A stretch of DNA of 36,469 nt from a virus. Taxonomy: Duplodnaviria; Caudoviricetes. A program made the translations under genes and the position numbers. Positions 1 to 8,999 of the stretch are shown here, piece after piece (position 1 is the first letter of the stretch; each line of letters begins with the position of its first letter). The notes below the pieces were generated by a model. The model was not told the origin of the DNA, did no database searches, and saw only the letters and a list, made by a program, of their open reading frames with translations. The DNA is taken from positions 1-36,469 of the IMG/VR virus record IMGVR_UViG_3300025139_000037; one strand, given 5' to 3'.

Positions 1-725
1 GCCGGGCGAGGGCGCTGTGTATCGACGACGACCTTTATCCTGATGAATTGTTCGAGGGACACCCCTTGTGGGCTCAATACGAGGATGTCGTGCAGGTAAT
101 CACCCGCTCCGACAACGAGGCCGGCTACGTGACGGTGCATCGCGACGCGATGGCTGAGCAGATCAACCGATTGATCGCGATCGCTGTCGAAAGCAGGGAC
201 GCCGAGATTGCCAACCTGCGGGAACGCAACGATGCCCTCTCTCTGCAAGCCGATGAGTGGGAAGGGAAATACACGATCGTATCGGAACTTATCGCTGAGT
301 TACAGGCTCGTGACGGTATGAGTCCCACTACGAGCGAGCAGCTTCGAGAGAGGCTTCTGGAAGCGATCGGTTCAGAACTTGTTGGCGTCTACGATTGCAC
401 CCGCGTGTGGGAAGCGTGGTCCGTCGGGACAATGAGCCAGAATGATTTCGTTCCGATTGATGAAAGGTTGGATGAGATCGTCGATACGGTGATGGCTGTT
501 ATGCCCACGCAAGATGCTGAGATCACCACCCTGCGAGCGCGCATCGCCGAACTGGAAGAGCAGCAATCCTATCTGATCGATGGCGTCGCCCAACGAAGTG
601 CTGAGCGGGAGCTTCTTTGTGGAGACAAGGATGTCAACAACATCGTCCAGACCCGGATCGAAACCGGCGTCTGGTGGATCAACCCCCGAGGCTTCCTGAT
701 CCGGGCAGGGGGAGCCCGGACATGA
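1..725 (+). CDS. Hypothetical coiled-coil phage protein (5' truncated)
   Basis: The frame of ORF 48..725 is open back to the window edge; heptad-like segments DAEIANLRER and DAEITTLRARIAELE. Confidence 0.75.
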   Translation, partial: RARALCIDDDLYPDELFEGHPLWAQYEDVVQVITRSDNEAGYVTVHRDAMAEQINRLIAIAVESRDAEIANLRERNDALSLQADEWEGKYTIVSELIAELQARDGMSPTTSEQLRERLLEAIGSELVGVYDCTRVWEAWSVGTMSQNDFVPIDERLDEIVDTVMAVMPTQDAEITTLRARIAELEEQQSYLIDGVAQRSAERELLCGDKDVNNIVQTRIETGVWWINPRGFLIRAGGART

Positions 726-976
726 GCGAGCGCATGACATCGATCCATCTCCCCAACCTACCCTATCATGCCGGACGGGCTGAGTGGGGCCGGGTGCCAG
801 CCGCTGAGATGATCGCCATCATCCGCCGATCGGCCGAGCGTGACAAGGAAGTAGCTGAAGCAATCCTCGCCGCTGCGGACGAAGACTTCCACATCGAGAC
901 CTACCTTGGCGTCAACGTCAAGCGGAACCGGGAAGTCATTCAAGACGGGCTATCTGATCGCGAAGGGGTAAGCTGA
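722..976 (+). CDS. Hypothetical protein (MSERMTSIHL...)
   Basis: ATGA overlap with the upstream stop, GGGGGAG SD; start re-called from ORF 617..976. Confidence 0.75.
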   Translation: MSERMTSIHLPNLPYHAGRAEWGRVPAAEMIAIIRRSAERDKEVAEAILAAADEDFHIETYLGVNVKRNREVIQDGLSDREGVS

Positions 977-1428
977 TGAAAACCGTGGAACCTGTCCTTT
1001 TGACAGTGGAAGAATGGCGCAACATCTGGATGGGTGCTGATACCGCGCTCAACTTCGAAACGTGGGTGGCTCCCTACCGCGAGCGTGGCCTTATCCGGCC
1101 CGAGCCTGATCCTGTCCCGTTGGTGGAAATCGAACTCGAAAAAGCCATCGAAGGCGCTGTGTTTCAAGATGATCGAAACCGTATCCCTTGGTCCAACGGA
1201 TTTCGAAACGGCTTTGTCCGGGCACGGGAATTGGCCTTGCAAGATACCGAGAGGTGGCTTCGGACCTTGGCGGATGGAGCCGCCTTAGCGTGGCAGGAAG
1301 AAGAGAGCAAACCCGATATGGGCGAACTGTTCTGGCGTCGCTACTGGGCTGGTTATTTCACCGCGCTGGATTCAGCAGCCAAGGGAGTTTGTTCCATGGT
1401 TGTGGTCAAAGAGGAACTTGTCGAATGA
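976..1428 (+). CDS. Hypothetical protein
   Basis: TGATG overlap, 150 aa ORF. Confidence 0.75.
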   Translation: MKTVEPVLLTVEEWRNIWMGADTALNFETWVAPYRERGLIRPEPDPVPLVEIELEKAIEGAVFQDDRNRIPWSNGFRNGFVRARELALQDTERWLRTLADGAALAWQEEESKPDMGELFWRRYWAGYFTALDSAAKGVCSMVVVKEELVE

Positions 1429-1655
1429 ACATCACGCCCAACTGGAACTACCATATCGACATAATGTCCGACGAGATATTGGCGTTGGAGCGGATCGCCT
1501 ACATGGCTGTGGATAAGAAACAACGCGAAGCGCTCCTCAAGACGATCGAGCGACTGCGGATGCGGTTGGATGATAGCCGGCTTTCGTCCGAAGAATGTCC
1601 GACCTGCAAGGGAGTCTCACCTGAGTTCTGCTCCAACGGATTCCATGCTCCGTGA
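1425..1655 (+). CDS. Hypothetical protein with C-terminal CxxC/C-H motif
   Basis: ATGA overlap, GAGGA SD; MNITPNW...CPTCKG...FCSNGFH. Confidence 0.7.
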   Translation: MNITPNWNYHIDIMSDEILALERIAYMAVDKKQREALLKTIERLRMRLDDSRLSSEECPTCKGVSPEFCSNGFHAP

Positions 1656-1876
1656 AGACCTTGATTGCCATGAACCTGCGGGTCGAGACCGACGGAGTGG
1701 ACTGGCATGTCCATGACGACACGCACATCCCCGAAGGCATTACATGGGCTGAATCTTACAAGGGCATGATCGCACTTCGCGATGAGTTAAACCGCCAGAT
1801 CGCCGACCGCAAACTCTGTCCATTTAATCCAGCAAACATTCGACTGGATGGCGAACCAACATTCGAAGAAATATAA
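1652..1876 (+). CDS. Hypothetical protein
   Basis: GTGA overlap, 74 aa. Confidence 0.7.
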   Translation: MKTLIAMNLRVETDGVDWHVHDDTHIPEGITWAESYKGMIALRDELNRQIADRKLCPFNPANIRLDGEPTFEEI

Positions 1877-1887
1877 GGAGAAACAAG

Positions 1888-2310
1888 GTGAAGGAATACC
1901 CGAAAGAACTTTCCGACTTGGTTGGTGAAGCAGTTCTCGAAACTGTTCCTTTCATGGAAGTCCGCCATCCGTTCGATCCGGATGCAAGCGGTGTTCTCTT
2001 CACGCTCTCCGACCGGACCTACATGGTCTTTGAAGACTCCAACGACGGCTACCGGTCGAGCGCCGGGGCATTGATCAGCTATCCGGGCGGACCTTACGAG
2101 ATTGGCTATAATGGTGCCAACATCACCCACATTCAGGAACCGGTGATCTGCTCGTTTACCGATGTGGATGACATCCTTGAGATGCGTAGCAAGGAAACCG
2201 GCATCCTGATCTTCTCGGTCGGAACCTCGAACGTGGATGATTACTACCCCTCGTTCGAATGCTACTGGAACCCGGAAGGGCTTTCGAAAAACGCGAAGGG
2301 CCGGTTGTGA
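1888..2310 (+). CDS. Hypothetical phage protein
   Basis: AAGGAG SD; motifs EDSNDGYRSS and GTSNVDDYYPSF. Confidence 0.8.
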   Translation: MKEYPKELSDLVGEAVLETVPFMEVRHPFDPDASGVLFTLSDRTYMVFEDSNDGYRSSAGALISYPGGPYEIGYNGANITHIQEPVICSFTDVDDILEMRSKETGILIFSVGTSNVDDYYPSFECYWNPEGLSKNAKGRL

Positions 2311-2915
2311 TAAAGAAGTTCGACCGCAACCGGGCCCGGACCCTCATCATGAGCGACATCCTGTCGTTCTACATCACGCACAACTGGGAACCCGACAAGG
2401 AATACGGGAGCAACTCACCATCACTCAAGGGCTTCGTCCCGACCGGGTATGGTGCGGACAGCCATCACGCCCTACCCGGCGATTTGGTGATCCTCGAAAG
2501 CGCCCCTCCGTCGAAGTGGAGCATCGGCTGGCTGCGGACGATCGAACGATTCCCTGAGGGCTCCTATCGCTACCTGATCGAAAGCCTCGAAGACGGTGAG
2601 TTGTGTTGGTGGTCTAATGTCGGACTGTCGTTCATGCCGCGCCGCGATCTTCGCGAACGCTATTACTGGACGGATCGCCAATTCGATTTCCAGAAGCGCT
2701 GGCACCGGACGGCGAACAAACACGGCAAGACTGCGATGCGCGTTCTGGACTGCGAGTTCAAGGGTGACGAAGTGACGCTCCGGATGCGTGTCCGCTGGGC
2801 GAACGGTGAAGAAGAAATGGCAGGCTACCGCCGGACCTTCCCGGACTATCGCAAGGTGACGATCGCCATCATGAAGGACGCGGTGGAAGCGATGGAAGCC
2901 GAACACCGTGCGTGA
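2307..2915 (+). CDS. Hypothetical protein
   Basis: GTGA overlap (MIKKFDRNR...); long ORF with GC3-biased codons. Confidence 0.8.
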   Translation: MIKKFDRNRARTLIMSDILSFYITHNWEPDKEYGSNSPSLKGFVPTGYGADSHHALPGDLVILESAPPSKWSIGWLRTIERFPEGSYRYLIESLEDGELCWWSNVGLSFMPRRDLRERYYWTDRQFDFQKRWHRTANKHGKTAMRVLDCEFKGDEVTLRMRVRWANGEEEMAGYRRTFPDYRKVTIAIMKDAVEAMEAEHRA

Positions 2916-3051
2916 GACGCCCTGCACCTGCGGCCGGGTCGATGTGCGGCAGACTGACATAGCTGCTAACCTATCCGGGATGCTGGTGGTCCACGGGCTT
3001 TATCACTGCTTCACCTTACCCCTCAACCAACCCAACAAGCCCCGAGTATAG
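2908..3051 (+). CDS. Small hypothetical protein, 47 aa (MRETPCTCGR...), not in the ORF track
   Basis: Translated by hand from GTG 2908 to TAG 3051; fills the gap between neighbouring genes. Confidence 0.5.
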   Translation: MRETPCTCGRVDVRQTDIAANLSGMLVVHGLYHCFTLPLNQPNKPRV

Positions 3052-3061
3052 GAGACCGACA

Positions 3062-3535
3062 ATGTATCCCACCAATGAACCTGACTGGATCAAACACAAC
3101 GGGAGCAGCACTTGCCCGGTCCCCGAAGGGCATGACGTTGAGATCATGTGGGGCGATGGCACAACCGAGCGCCGCATCGAAAATGCGTCAGCGTCTGTGT
3201 GGCGCGATTGGCCTCACCGCCCGGAGATGTGCATCACGCACTACCGCGACTGGACGGCGTTTGAGCAACACCGGCCCCAGCTTATCCCGTTCGTCGGCGG
3301 CGTCATCCTGATCGGTGACGTGGTTTCTCCCCAAGTCTCTGCCGTCGTCATTCGCGGCTGCCGGGACGGCTATCAGGAAGGTATGGGCAAGACGCCTGAG
3401 GAAGCTTGGGAAGCCAGCCGGGGCGCACCGGAGTGGTGGTTGACCTTCCTCGAACCGGCTGATGCCATCATGCTCGCCGACAAGCTGAACACACTGGCTG
3501 CCAAGATGTTGGCTGCCCGAGAAGAGAGTGAATAA
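3062..3535 (+). CDS. Hypothetical phage protein
   Basis: AGGAG SD; N-terminal WIKHNG..CPVP...V.....G...W...ITHYR domain common in phages. Confidence 0.8.
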   Translation: MYPTNEPDWIKHNGSSTCPVPEGHDVEIMWGDGTTERRIENASASVWRDWPHRPEMCITHYRDWTAFEQHRPQLIPFVGGVILIGDVVSPQVSAVVIRGCRDGYQEGMGKTPEEAWEASRGAPEWWLTFLEPADAIMLADKLNTLAAKMLAAREESE

Positions 3536-4176
3536 TGGGAACCCTGATTACCAACCTCCCCGCCCAACACGTCTACGTCCGCAAGGAGTATCTGCGAAAC
3601 CTCCAAGACGGCCATGGCGAGTTCGTCAAAGGCGTGTGGGTGACTGCCAAGAGCATCGCCGGCCGGGCGCTCTACTTCGAGACCTATCTTCCCGAGTATG
3701 GGGCCATGTTCGACAAGCTGCCTATCAGCGCCTTCGTGTCCTCCCCTGAGACGCCGACGCCTGATCTTCCCCTGACTGATCTGCAATACTGGAACTGCAT
3801 GGACTACGGGATCGTCGCTGTGGTCAAGCAGTTCACCGCCAGTATGGCGTTCGAAGCCCGGCTGCGATCGGGTGGGAACATGCGGGGGACCTATGTCTGC
3901 ACGCTGGACAACTATCACTGCGATCCTGACGCGGTGGACTACAGCACCAGCGAGACGCCGAGCGAACACAAGTCGATGAACATCGTGGAACTGGAGAACG
4001 GTCAGTTCTGTGCCTATCCCAACGACCGGCTCCGCATCTTCGATACGTCATTGACGCCCAAGCTCCCGAAGACGCCTGACTTCCTGTGCAGCACCCACTT
4101 CTTCACCGTCGAAAATGGCGACGATCGATATGGAGACAGTGACAAGTTCGATTACGAGGAGGAAACAAGTGACTGA
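3535..4176 (+). CDS. Conserved phage protein resembling a cyanophage/marine phage hypothetical family
   Basis: TAATG overlap; VRKEYL..GHGEFVKGVW..KS..GRA.YFETYLPEY.AM.DKLPISAF pattern, recalled from T4-like cyanophage proteins. Confidence 0.8.
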   Translation: MGTLITNLPAQHVYVRKEYLRNLQDGHGEFVKGVWVTAKSIAGRALYFETYLPEYGAMFDKLPISAFVSSPETPTPDLPLTDLQYWNCMDYGIVAVVKQFTASMAFEARLRSGGNMRGTYVCTLDNYHCDPDAVDYSTSETPSEHKSMNIVELENGQFCAYPNDRLRIFDTSLTPKLPKTPDFLCSTHFFTVENGDDRYGDSDKFDYEEETSD

Positions 4177-4417
4177 AACAACTGACAAAATCAAAGAGTT
4201 GAGGGATGCCGTCAATAGTATTCCGTGGGGCCCTGTCGTTGTGGATGTCGCGTTGTTGGCTGATATTCTAGCAACCTCCGATGGTCTCCGTGAAGCTCTT
4301 GAAGCTGCTCGTGATCACCTCGAATTTTGCGGCTATGGTGACGCCTACGAGCGCGAATGCGCTGAGGCCCAAGGACTTTCAAACCAGATCGACCGGGCTC
4401 TTGAGCCGCCGAAATAG
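4169..4417 (+). CDS. Hypothetical protein
   Basis: GAGGAGG SD before GTG 4169. Confidence 0.75.
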   Translation: MTETTDKIKELRDAVNSIPWGPVVVDVALLADILATSDGLREALEAARDHLEFCGYGDAYERECAEAQGLSNQIDRALEPPK

Positions 4418-4420
4418 TGT

Positions 4421-4481
4421 TTGACGAACCGGAAGATTTGTCCTAATCGATTCACATCAACAACGAATCAGGAGACAAGAT
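4421..4481 (+). promoter_or_regulatory. Repeated promoter/leader/RBS element, copy 1
   Basis: TTGACG AACCGGAAGATTTGTCC TAATCGATTC ACATCAACAAC GAATC AGGAGAC, then ATG 4482. Confidence 0.85.
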
Positions 4482-5030
4482 ATGCCCGGCACCGGAATTG
4501 ACGAACCACTGACTTTCGACCTTTCGGCAATGAGCCGGAGCGAACTGGAAGCTGAGATTGTGCATCAGGCCAATCTCATCGAGCGGTTCCGCAGCCAGAT
4601 CGGTGGTGTCGTTCTCGGTCTCGAAGAAGAAGGCGATCGGACCTACTTCGGTAGCAGCAACGATGCGGACTGGCTCCGCGAGATCGAGCAGGAAATGCTC
4701 GCCAGCCTGAACGAACTGGACATGCCGTGGATGCATGGTGGCGACCTTTACGCGGTCCTCAAGGCTCTGAAACAGGAGAACGAGGCATCTTCGATCAATG
4801 AAGATCGACTCGCGCAGGAGCTTTTCGTAGCCTTGCAAGAAGTTGGGACTTTTCTGGGTCTCTTGGAAAAGGTCGATAAGCTACTGGACAACCTGTGGGA
4901 AGCTGTTCCGTGGGGTCAGACCTATGGCCTCGACATCATGGCTTTGAACGAAGTGCCGAGCGCGGTGAAGCGCGCTCTCACCAGCCGCAAGGTGGTGCTT
5001 ATGCAGGAGACCCCTGATGAACCAGCTTAG
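4482..5030 (+). CDS. Hypothetical protein
   Basis: First gene after element copy 1, AGGAG SD. Confidence 0.8.
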   Translation: MPGTGIDEPLTFDLSAMSRSELEAEIVHQANLIERFRSQIGGVVLGLEEEGDRTYFGSSNDADWLREIEQEMLASLNELDMPWMHGGDLYAVLKALKQENEASSINEDRLAQELFVALQEVGTFLGLLEKVDKLLDNLWEAVPWGQTYGLDIMALNEVPSAVKRALTSRKVVLMQETPDEPA

Positions 5031-5211
5031 GTTCCCCAACCAACCACACCCCTTTGCCGGCCGAGCCGTCGAAGAGGCGCGCTACGACGAAGTGCCCTTC
5101 ATGCGTCAGGTCCGCCTCCGCCGCCGCTTCCGTATGGGACGCTCGTGGGCAGGTTGGTTCGCGAACGCTGCCATCCGCAAAGCAATCATCAAACGGAGGA
5201 CCGCGACATGA
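5017..5211 (+). CDS. Small basic hypothetical protein
   Basis: AGGAG SD, Arg-rich, 64 aa. Confidence 0.65.
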   Translation: MNQLRFPNQPHPFAGRAVEEARYDEVPFMRQVRLRRRFRMGRSWAGWFANAAIRKAIIKRRTAT

Positions 5212-5669
5212 CCGAACCATCGATAAGCCTTGCCCGAATCGAAGCCGCTGAGAAAGAGATGATCAGCATCCGGACCGAATTAGCGGCCCTTGGACGCGAA
5301 CTCTACTTCATGCGTGAAGGGAAAGCACTGTCGTCGGATTATCGTTTCGACGGTTACGAGCAGGACACCTTCTGTGGAACCAACTATTCCGGCCAAGAAG
5401 GCCCCGATTGGGGAATCGGAACCCCGATCCTTTCACTACGCTTCTTCTGGTCTTGGAATGGTGGTGGTGAATATGAATATATTACGCTCCCAATCAACTA
5501 CCTCGGATGTGACTGGCGCGACGACGAACGTGCCCGGCTCGCCGAAGAAGCTCGGAAGACCGGGGAAGCAGCCGATCGGGAGAAACAGTTGAAGAAGGAA
5601 CAGCGGGAAGCCAATGAGTTGGCGACTTACGAGCGGTTGCGTGAGAAGTTTGAGGGGAACAAGACATGA
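5208..5669 (+). CDS. Hypothetical protein
   Basis: GGAGG SD, ATGA overlap (MTEPSIS...). Confidence 0.8.
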   Translation: MTEPSISLARIEAAEKEMISIRTELAALGRELYFMREGKALSSDYRFDGYEQDTFCGTNYSGQEGPDWGIGTPILSLRFFWSWNGGGEYEYITLPINYLGCDWRDDERARLAEEARKTGEAADREKQLKKEQREANELATYERLREKFEGNKT

Positions 5670-6121
5670 GCGATACTGCCCCGCATGGCTGGACCTACAT
5701 GGGACCGGACGGTCAATGGTATTGGTCCCTTACCCAAGACCCTCACGAATCGGTCACCGAACAACGCCCTGCAACGCCGGCCGAATACGACCTTGGCTTC
5801 CAAACCCGCAACGCCCGAGAGGATGCCAAGAAGCTGCAAGACCTGTTGGACATCGAGCGCTACAAGGTCGCGATCGGTGTTAATCTGATCCTCAAGGCGG
5901 TTCAGTCGCGTATGTGGCTGTCAGAGCCGGGCCGGGGTTCGTTCGTCTGGGACGATGAAACCTACCAAGCAGAGTTTGGTGCGGCGATCGATGAGATCAC
6001 CACCGCTCTCAAGCCCCTTCAAACGATTGCTCGCGACTGGTCTCACTGCCCGACTGATCCTCTGCGTGTAGCTGCAAACCGCGCAGCGGCCATCGCAATG
6101 ATGAAGGAATTTGAAGGATGA
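5666..6121 (+). CDS. Hypothetical protein
   Basis: ATGA overlap, 151 aa. Confidence 0.8.
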   Translation: MSDTAPHGWTYMGPDGQWYWSLTQDPHESVTEQRPATPAEYDLGFQTRNAREDAKKLQDLLDIERYKVAIGVNLILKAVQSRMWLSEPGRGSFVWDDETYQAEFGAAIDEITTALKPLQTIARDWSHCPTDPLRVAANRAAAIAMMKEFEG

Positions 6122-6348
6122 CCATCACGCCCAACCAGCTACGCTCATGGCGGCGACGCGCCGAGACTATCAAGCGCAGCGCTGAGCGACTGATGGACGA
6201 GATGATGGAAGCTGAGGAGCAGCTACATACACCAGCTAACCAGATGCTGTTGAGCGACTGGGCGGACAACATCTCCTCAGATGCCGACAGCCTCATCGAC
6301 GGTCTGCGGTTGATCCAGCCGAAATCAGTTAAAATGCCGCTTGCCTAA
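6118..6348 (+). CDS. Hypothetical protein
   Basis: ATGA overlap; the stop codon lies inside element copy 2. Confidence 0.7.
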   Translation: MTITPNQLRSWRRRAETIKRSAERLMDEMMEAEEQLHTPANQMLLSDWADNISSDADSLIDGLRLIQPKSVKMPLA

Positions 6349-6397
6349 CCGGAAGAAACGTCCTATCCGATTCGCACAGTAACAGGGGAGACACACC
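6341..6397 (+). promoter_or_regulatory. Repeated promoter/leader/RBS element, copy 2 (degenerate -35)
   Basis: TTGCCT AACCGGAAGAAACGTCC TATCCGATTC GCACAGTAACAGGGGAGAC, then ATG 6398. Confidence 0.75.
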
Positions 6398-6604
6398 ATG
6401 ACGACGACACAAGAGAAAATCTACATCCCGCATGGGATGGTTCTTGTCCCGATCACCATGCTTGAGAACATCCGGGCCCAACTGGAGCCCGACCGTTTGA
6501 TCGAGCAAGGTCGCGCCATGAAGGGCGAAATCCAGCGTTGCCCCGTTCGCCAGATGTGCCGATCGCTGGACGAAATGATCCCGAACACCGGAGAAGGTGA
6601 ATGA
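6398..6604 (+). CDS. Hypothetical protein
   Basis: First gene after copy 2. Confidence 0.75.
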   Translation: MTTTQEKIYIPHGMVLVPITMLENIRAQLEPDRLIEQGRAMKGEIQRCPVRQMCRSLDEMIPNTGEGE

Positions 6605-6903
6605 GCGAAGTCAAGATCAAGATCGACCTCCGCGATCTCACCCAAGCCCACTTCGACGAATGCGCCCCCGTGCTGGGCCATTCCCACAACACCGCACCGT
6701 GCATCATCGGCACGCTGATGACACCGGACGAACGCAACTACCGGCCCTTTGCCTCAGTCCTCACTCTCAAGTCAGACGGTATTCTGGAAATTCCGGAAGA
6801 CCAGATCAGCGACGCGTTGGATTTGCAGCGGGCGTTCGACCAGAGCCGCTGGGATGATCTCGTCAGGATCGCCGGTAAATACATGAACAAGGAAGCCGCA
6901 TGA
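6601..6903 (+). CDS. Hypothetical protein, paralog of 7165..7479
   Basis: IKIDL.DLT.AH..EC/AC.P..G.....PC.IGTLM ... LQ.AFD...WD....IA.KYM shared with the paralog. Confidence 0.85.
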   Translation: MSEVKIKIDLRDLTQAHFDECAPVLGHSHNTAPCIIGTLMTPDERNYRPFASVLTLKSDGILEIPEDQISDALDLQRAFDQSRWDDLVRIAGKYMNKEAA

Positions 6904-7163
6904 TGAAGAAGTTGACTGCCTTCGCTGCTTTGGCTGCCCTCGCTACCGGTTGCACCGCGCCTCGCGATGAGGTGGAGCGGGTTCTGACCGATCAGGGTTA
7001 CACCGAGATCGTCGTCGGAGGACATGATATGTTTGGCTGCGGCCGGGATGACACCACCGCCAATAAGTTCACCGCCAAAGGACCGACCGGGCGCTCCGTC
7101 AAGGGCGTCGTATGCGGGACGTGGGTGGGGTGGGGCAAGGGCTATACGGTGAGGACCTACTGA
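6900..7163 (+). CDS. Phage lipoprotein
   Basis: Signal peptide MMKKLTAFAALAALATG-C (lipobox); two further Cys; resembles a widespread small phage lipoprotein family. Confidence 0.8.
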   Translation: MMKKLTAFAALAALATGCTAPRDEVERVLTDQGYTEIVVGGHDMFGCGRDDTTANKFTAKGPTGRSVKGVVCGTWVGWGKGYTVRTY

Positions 7164-7164
7164 C

Positions 7165-7479
7165 ATGCTGCCCATCAAGATCGACCTGAACGACCTCACC
7201 CCGGCACATCTCGAAGCCTGTAAGCCGCATATGGGCTCGTGTGAATATAATTCGCCGTGCGTCATCGGCACGCTGATGGAACCGAAGCAGCGCGAATGGC
7301 TGGCTGCCGAGGTGCCGATGATGCCGCTCGATGAGGTGGGACCTTTGGTCCACCGAGGCTTGATCAGCATCCCCGAAGAGCAGTTGAAGGACGCGGAATT
7401 TTTGCAAGCAGCGTTCGACACCGACAACTGGGATGGTGTTCTCCAGATCGCTGCCAAGTATATGAGGCCGTCCGAATGA
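7165..7479 (+). CDS. Hypothetical protein, paralog of 6601..6903
   Basis: Full-length similarity to 6601..6903. Confidence 0.85.
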   Translation: MLPIKIDLNDLTPAHLEACKPHMGSCEYNSPCVIGTLMEPKQREWLAAEVPMMPLDEVGPLVHRGLISIPEEQLKDAEFLQAAFDTDNWDGVLQIAAKYMRPSE

Positions 7480-7760
7480 ACGACGAGATCACCCACCGGC
7501 GGGCTGCTGCGATCGCCTTCGCTTTCGAAGATAACCTTCCGGGCTTCGAGAATGGACTGGCGCGTGCTGTTGCTGATTCCGACCGGGCTGCTGGTTACGT
7601 TCTGGTCAAGCGCCATGGGCTCGAACTCTTTCAAGAGGAAATCGAGCGGGCCGACCGCGATGGTGATCTTCTTGATCTACCGCGCCTCAAGGGAATCGGA
7701 ATGGCTATCAAGTCCTTCCTCGCTGAAATCGATAACCCTCAAAAGGAGTTCAAACTATGA
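7476..7760 (+). CDS. Hypothetical protein
   Basis: ATGA overlap. Confidence 0.75.
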   Translation: MNDEITHRRAAAIAFAFEDNLPGFENGLARAVADSDRAAGYVLVKRHGLELFQEEIERADRDGDLLDLPRLKGIGMAIKSFLAEIDNPQKEFKL

Positions 7761-8065
7761 ATCTGATGGCCGACCTCATGACCAGTGGCGAACCCGGCAC
7801 TGTGACCGCCAACGATCTCACCCCCGAACCGCCCCGCGCCGCCTATCAGGAGATCGGCTCGTGGTGCATCTGGACCAAGTTCGGCCGCCGGCCCCAGTTC
7901 TACCATCCGACCCGCGAACTCGCCATGGCGGAAGCTGAGCGGCTGGCGAAGCTGCATCCCGGCCGCAAGTTCATCGTCATGAAGATGGAAGGCAAGTTCG
8001 GTGTGCCGGCTGAGCCGGGCATCGAAGACACGACCGAAAAGCTCGCTGAGGAAACCACGGCGTGA
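7757..8065 (+). CDS. Hypothetical phage protein
   Basis: AAGGAG SD; P...H.T.E.A.AEAERLA..HPG..F.V motif common in phage proteins. Confidence 0.8.
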   Translation: MNLMADLMTSGEPGTVTANDLTPEPPRAAYQEIGSWCIWTKFGRRPQFYHPTRELAMAEAERLAKLHPGRKFIVMKMEGKFGVPAEPGIEDTTEKLAEETTA

Positions 8066-8364
8066 GTCCTGACCTCAGCAAGTTCCTTGCTGATTGGCAT
8101 GACTGGGCGACCAGTGGAGCTATCCCCGGTAAGCCGTCCGAAGGTGGATTCTGCCGCTCTTTTGGGTTGTGTTATCACGCTGAAAAACGATCAACCAAGC
8201 TCTACTATGAGCTACGTGATCTCCTGTCAGACCAGTTCGGGCAAGAGTGCGATACCCCGTTCAACTACGAGATCGACTACTGGCAGGAAGGTGACGACGG
8301 GTTGATGCACGAAAACCCGAAGCGCCTCGCATGGGTGCGGCAGAAGCTGATGGAGGAACTGTGA
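8062..8364 (+). CDS. Hypothetical phage protein
   Basis: GTGA overlap; GLC...PFN...NPKRLAWV motif. Confidence 0.8.
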   Translation: MSPDLSKFLADWHDWATSGAIPGKPSEGGFCRSFGLCYHAEKRSTKLYYELRDLLSDQFGQECDTPFNYEIDYWQEGDDGLMHENPKRLAWVRQKLMEEL

Positions 8365-8480
8365 ACATCTTCGACTGGTTTGGTGAGATCGTCCGCACGA
8401 CGCGGGGACACATTTTCGCAACCTACGTTCTCGGCATGTTCGTCGGCGTCGCCGCCTGTATGCTCGATCAAATCTGGTAA
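8361..8480 (+). CDS. Small membrane protein, 39 aa (MNIFDWFGEIVRTTRGHIFATYVLGMFVGVAACMLDQIW), not in the ORF track
   Basis: GGAGG SD, GTGA overlap, one hydrophobic segment, TAA at 8478-8480. Confidence 0.65.
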   Translation: MNIFDWFGEIVRTTRGHIFATYVLGMFVGVAACMLDQIW

Positions 8481-8490
8481 GGAAGTATCA

Positions 8491-8736
8491 ATGCTGCATC
8501 CGCTTGAAATCTCGGCGATCTACGACAAGCTGAACCGGGCTCAAATCTCGACGATCACCGGATTGGATGAGGACTATTGCATACTCGGCTGTGCCGAAGC
8601 CTGTGCGATCCGGCTGACCAAGGCTAACGGACGCCGCCCGGCTCTGGTCAAGATGCGCCAAGGCGAGCGGTATAAGGAGTTCGCTCTCAACGCCGAAGGA
8701 ATGGCAATCCGGACCTACGCGGAGTCCTTGTCATGA
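8491..8736 (+). CDS. Hypothetical protein (MLHPLEIS...)
   Basis: AAGGA SD; start re-called from ORF 8380..8736. Confidence 0.7.
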   Translation: MLHPLEISAIYDKLNRAQISTITGLDEDYCILGCAEACAIRLTKANGRRPALVKMRQGERYKEFALNAEGMAIRTYAESLS

Positions 8737-8999
8737 CTGATCCCGTCGAAGGCGATCTGCGCGTCTGGTGGTGCCCTCAGGTGCCTATGAAGTCGTTTCA
8801 CGTCCCGGTGGAGAGCCCCGAGGAAGCGATCAAGATGATCGACGCTCTGGCTCGCTACGACCTGTTCCAATACAACAACAACATCAAGCCCGACTACGCC
8901 AACGCCGGCGGCCTCGAAGTCTTCGAAGACGGTGAGTGGGTGGAATGGTATGACCCGGAGACCGGGGAAGACATCGACGAATGGAGAGCCGAAGCATGA
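8733..8999 (+). CDS. P22 gp17-like protein (superinfection-exclusion / anti-exclusion family)
   Basis: LRVWW.PQVPMK.F.V.V.S.EE.....DALA.YD.FQY.NNIKPDY.NAGGLE matches the P22 gp17 family as I recall it. Confidence 0.8.
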   Translation: MTDPVEGDLRVWWCPQVPMKSFHVPVESPEEAIKMIDALARYDLFQYNNNIKPDYANAGGLEVFEDGEWVEWYDPETGEDIDEWRAEA

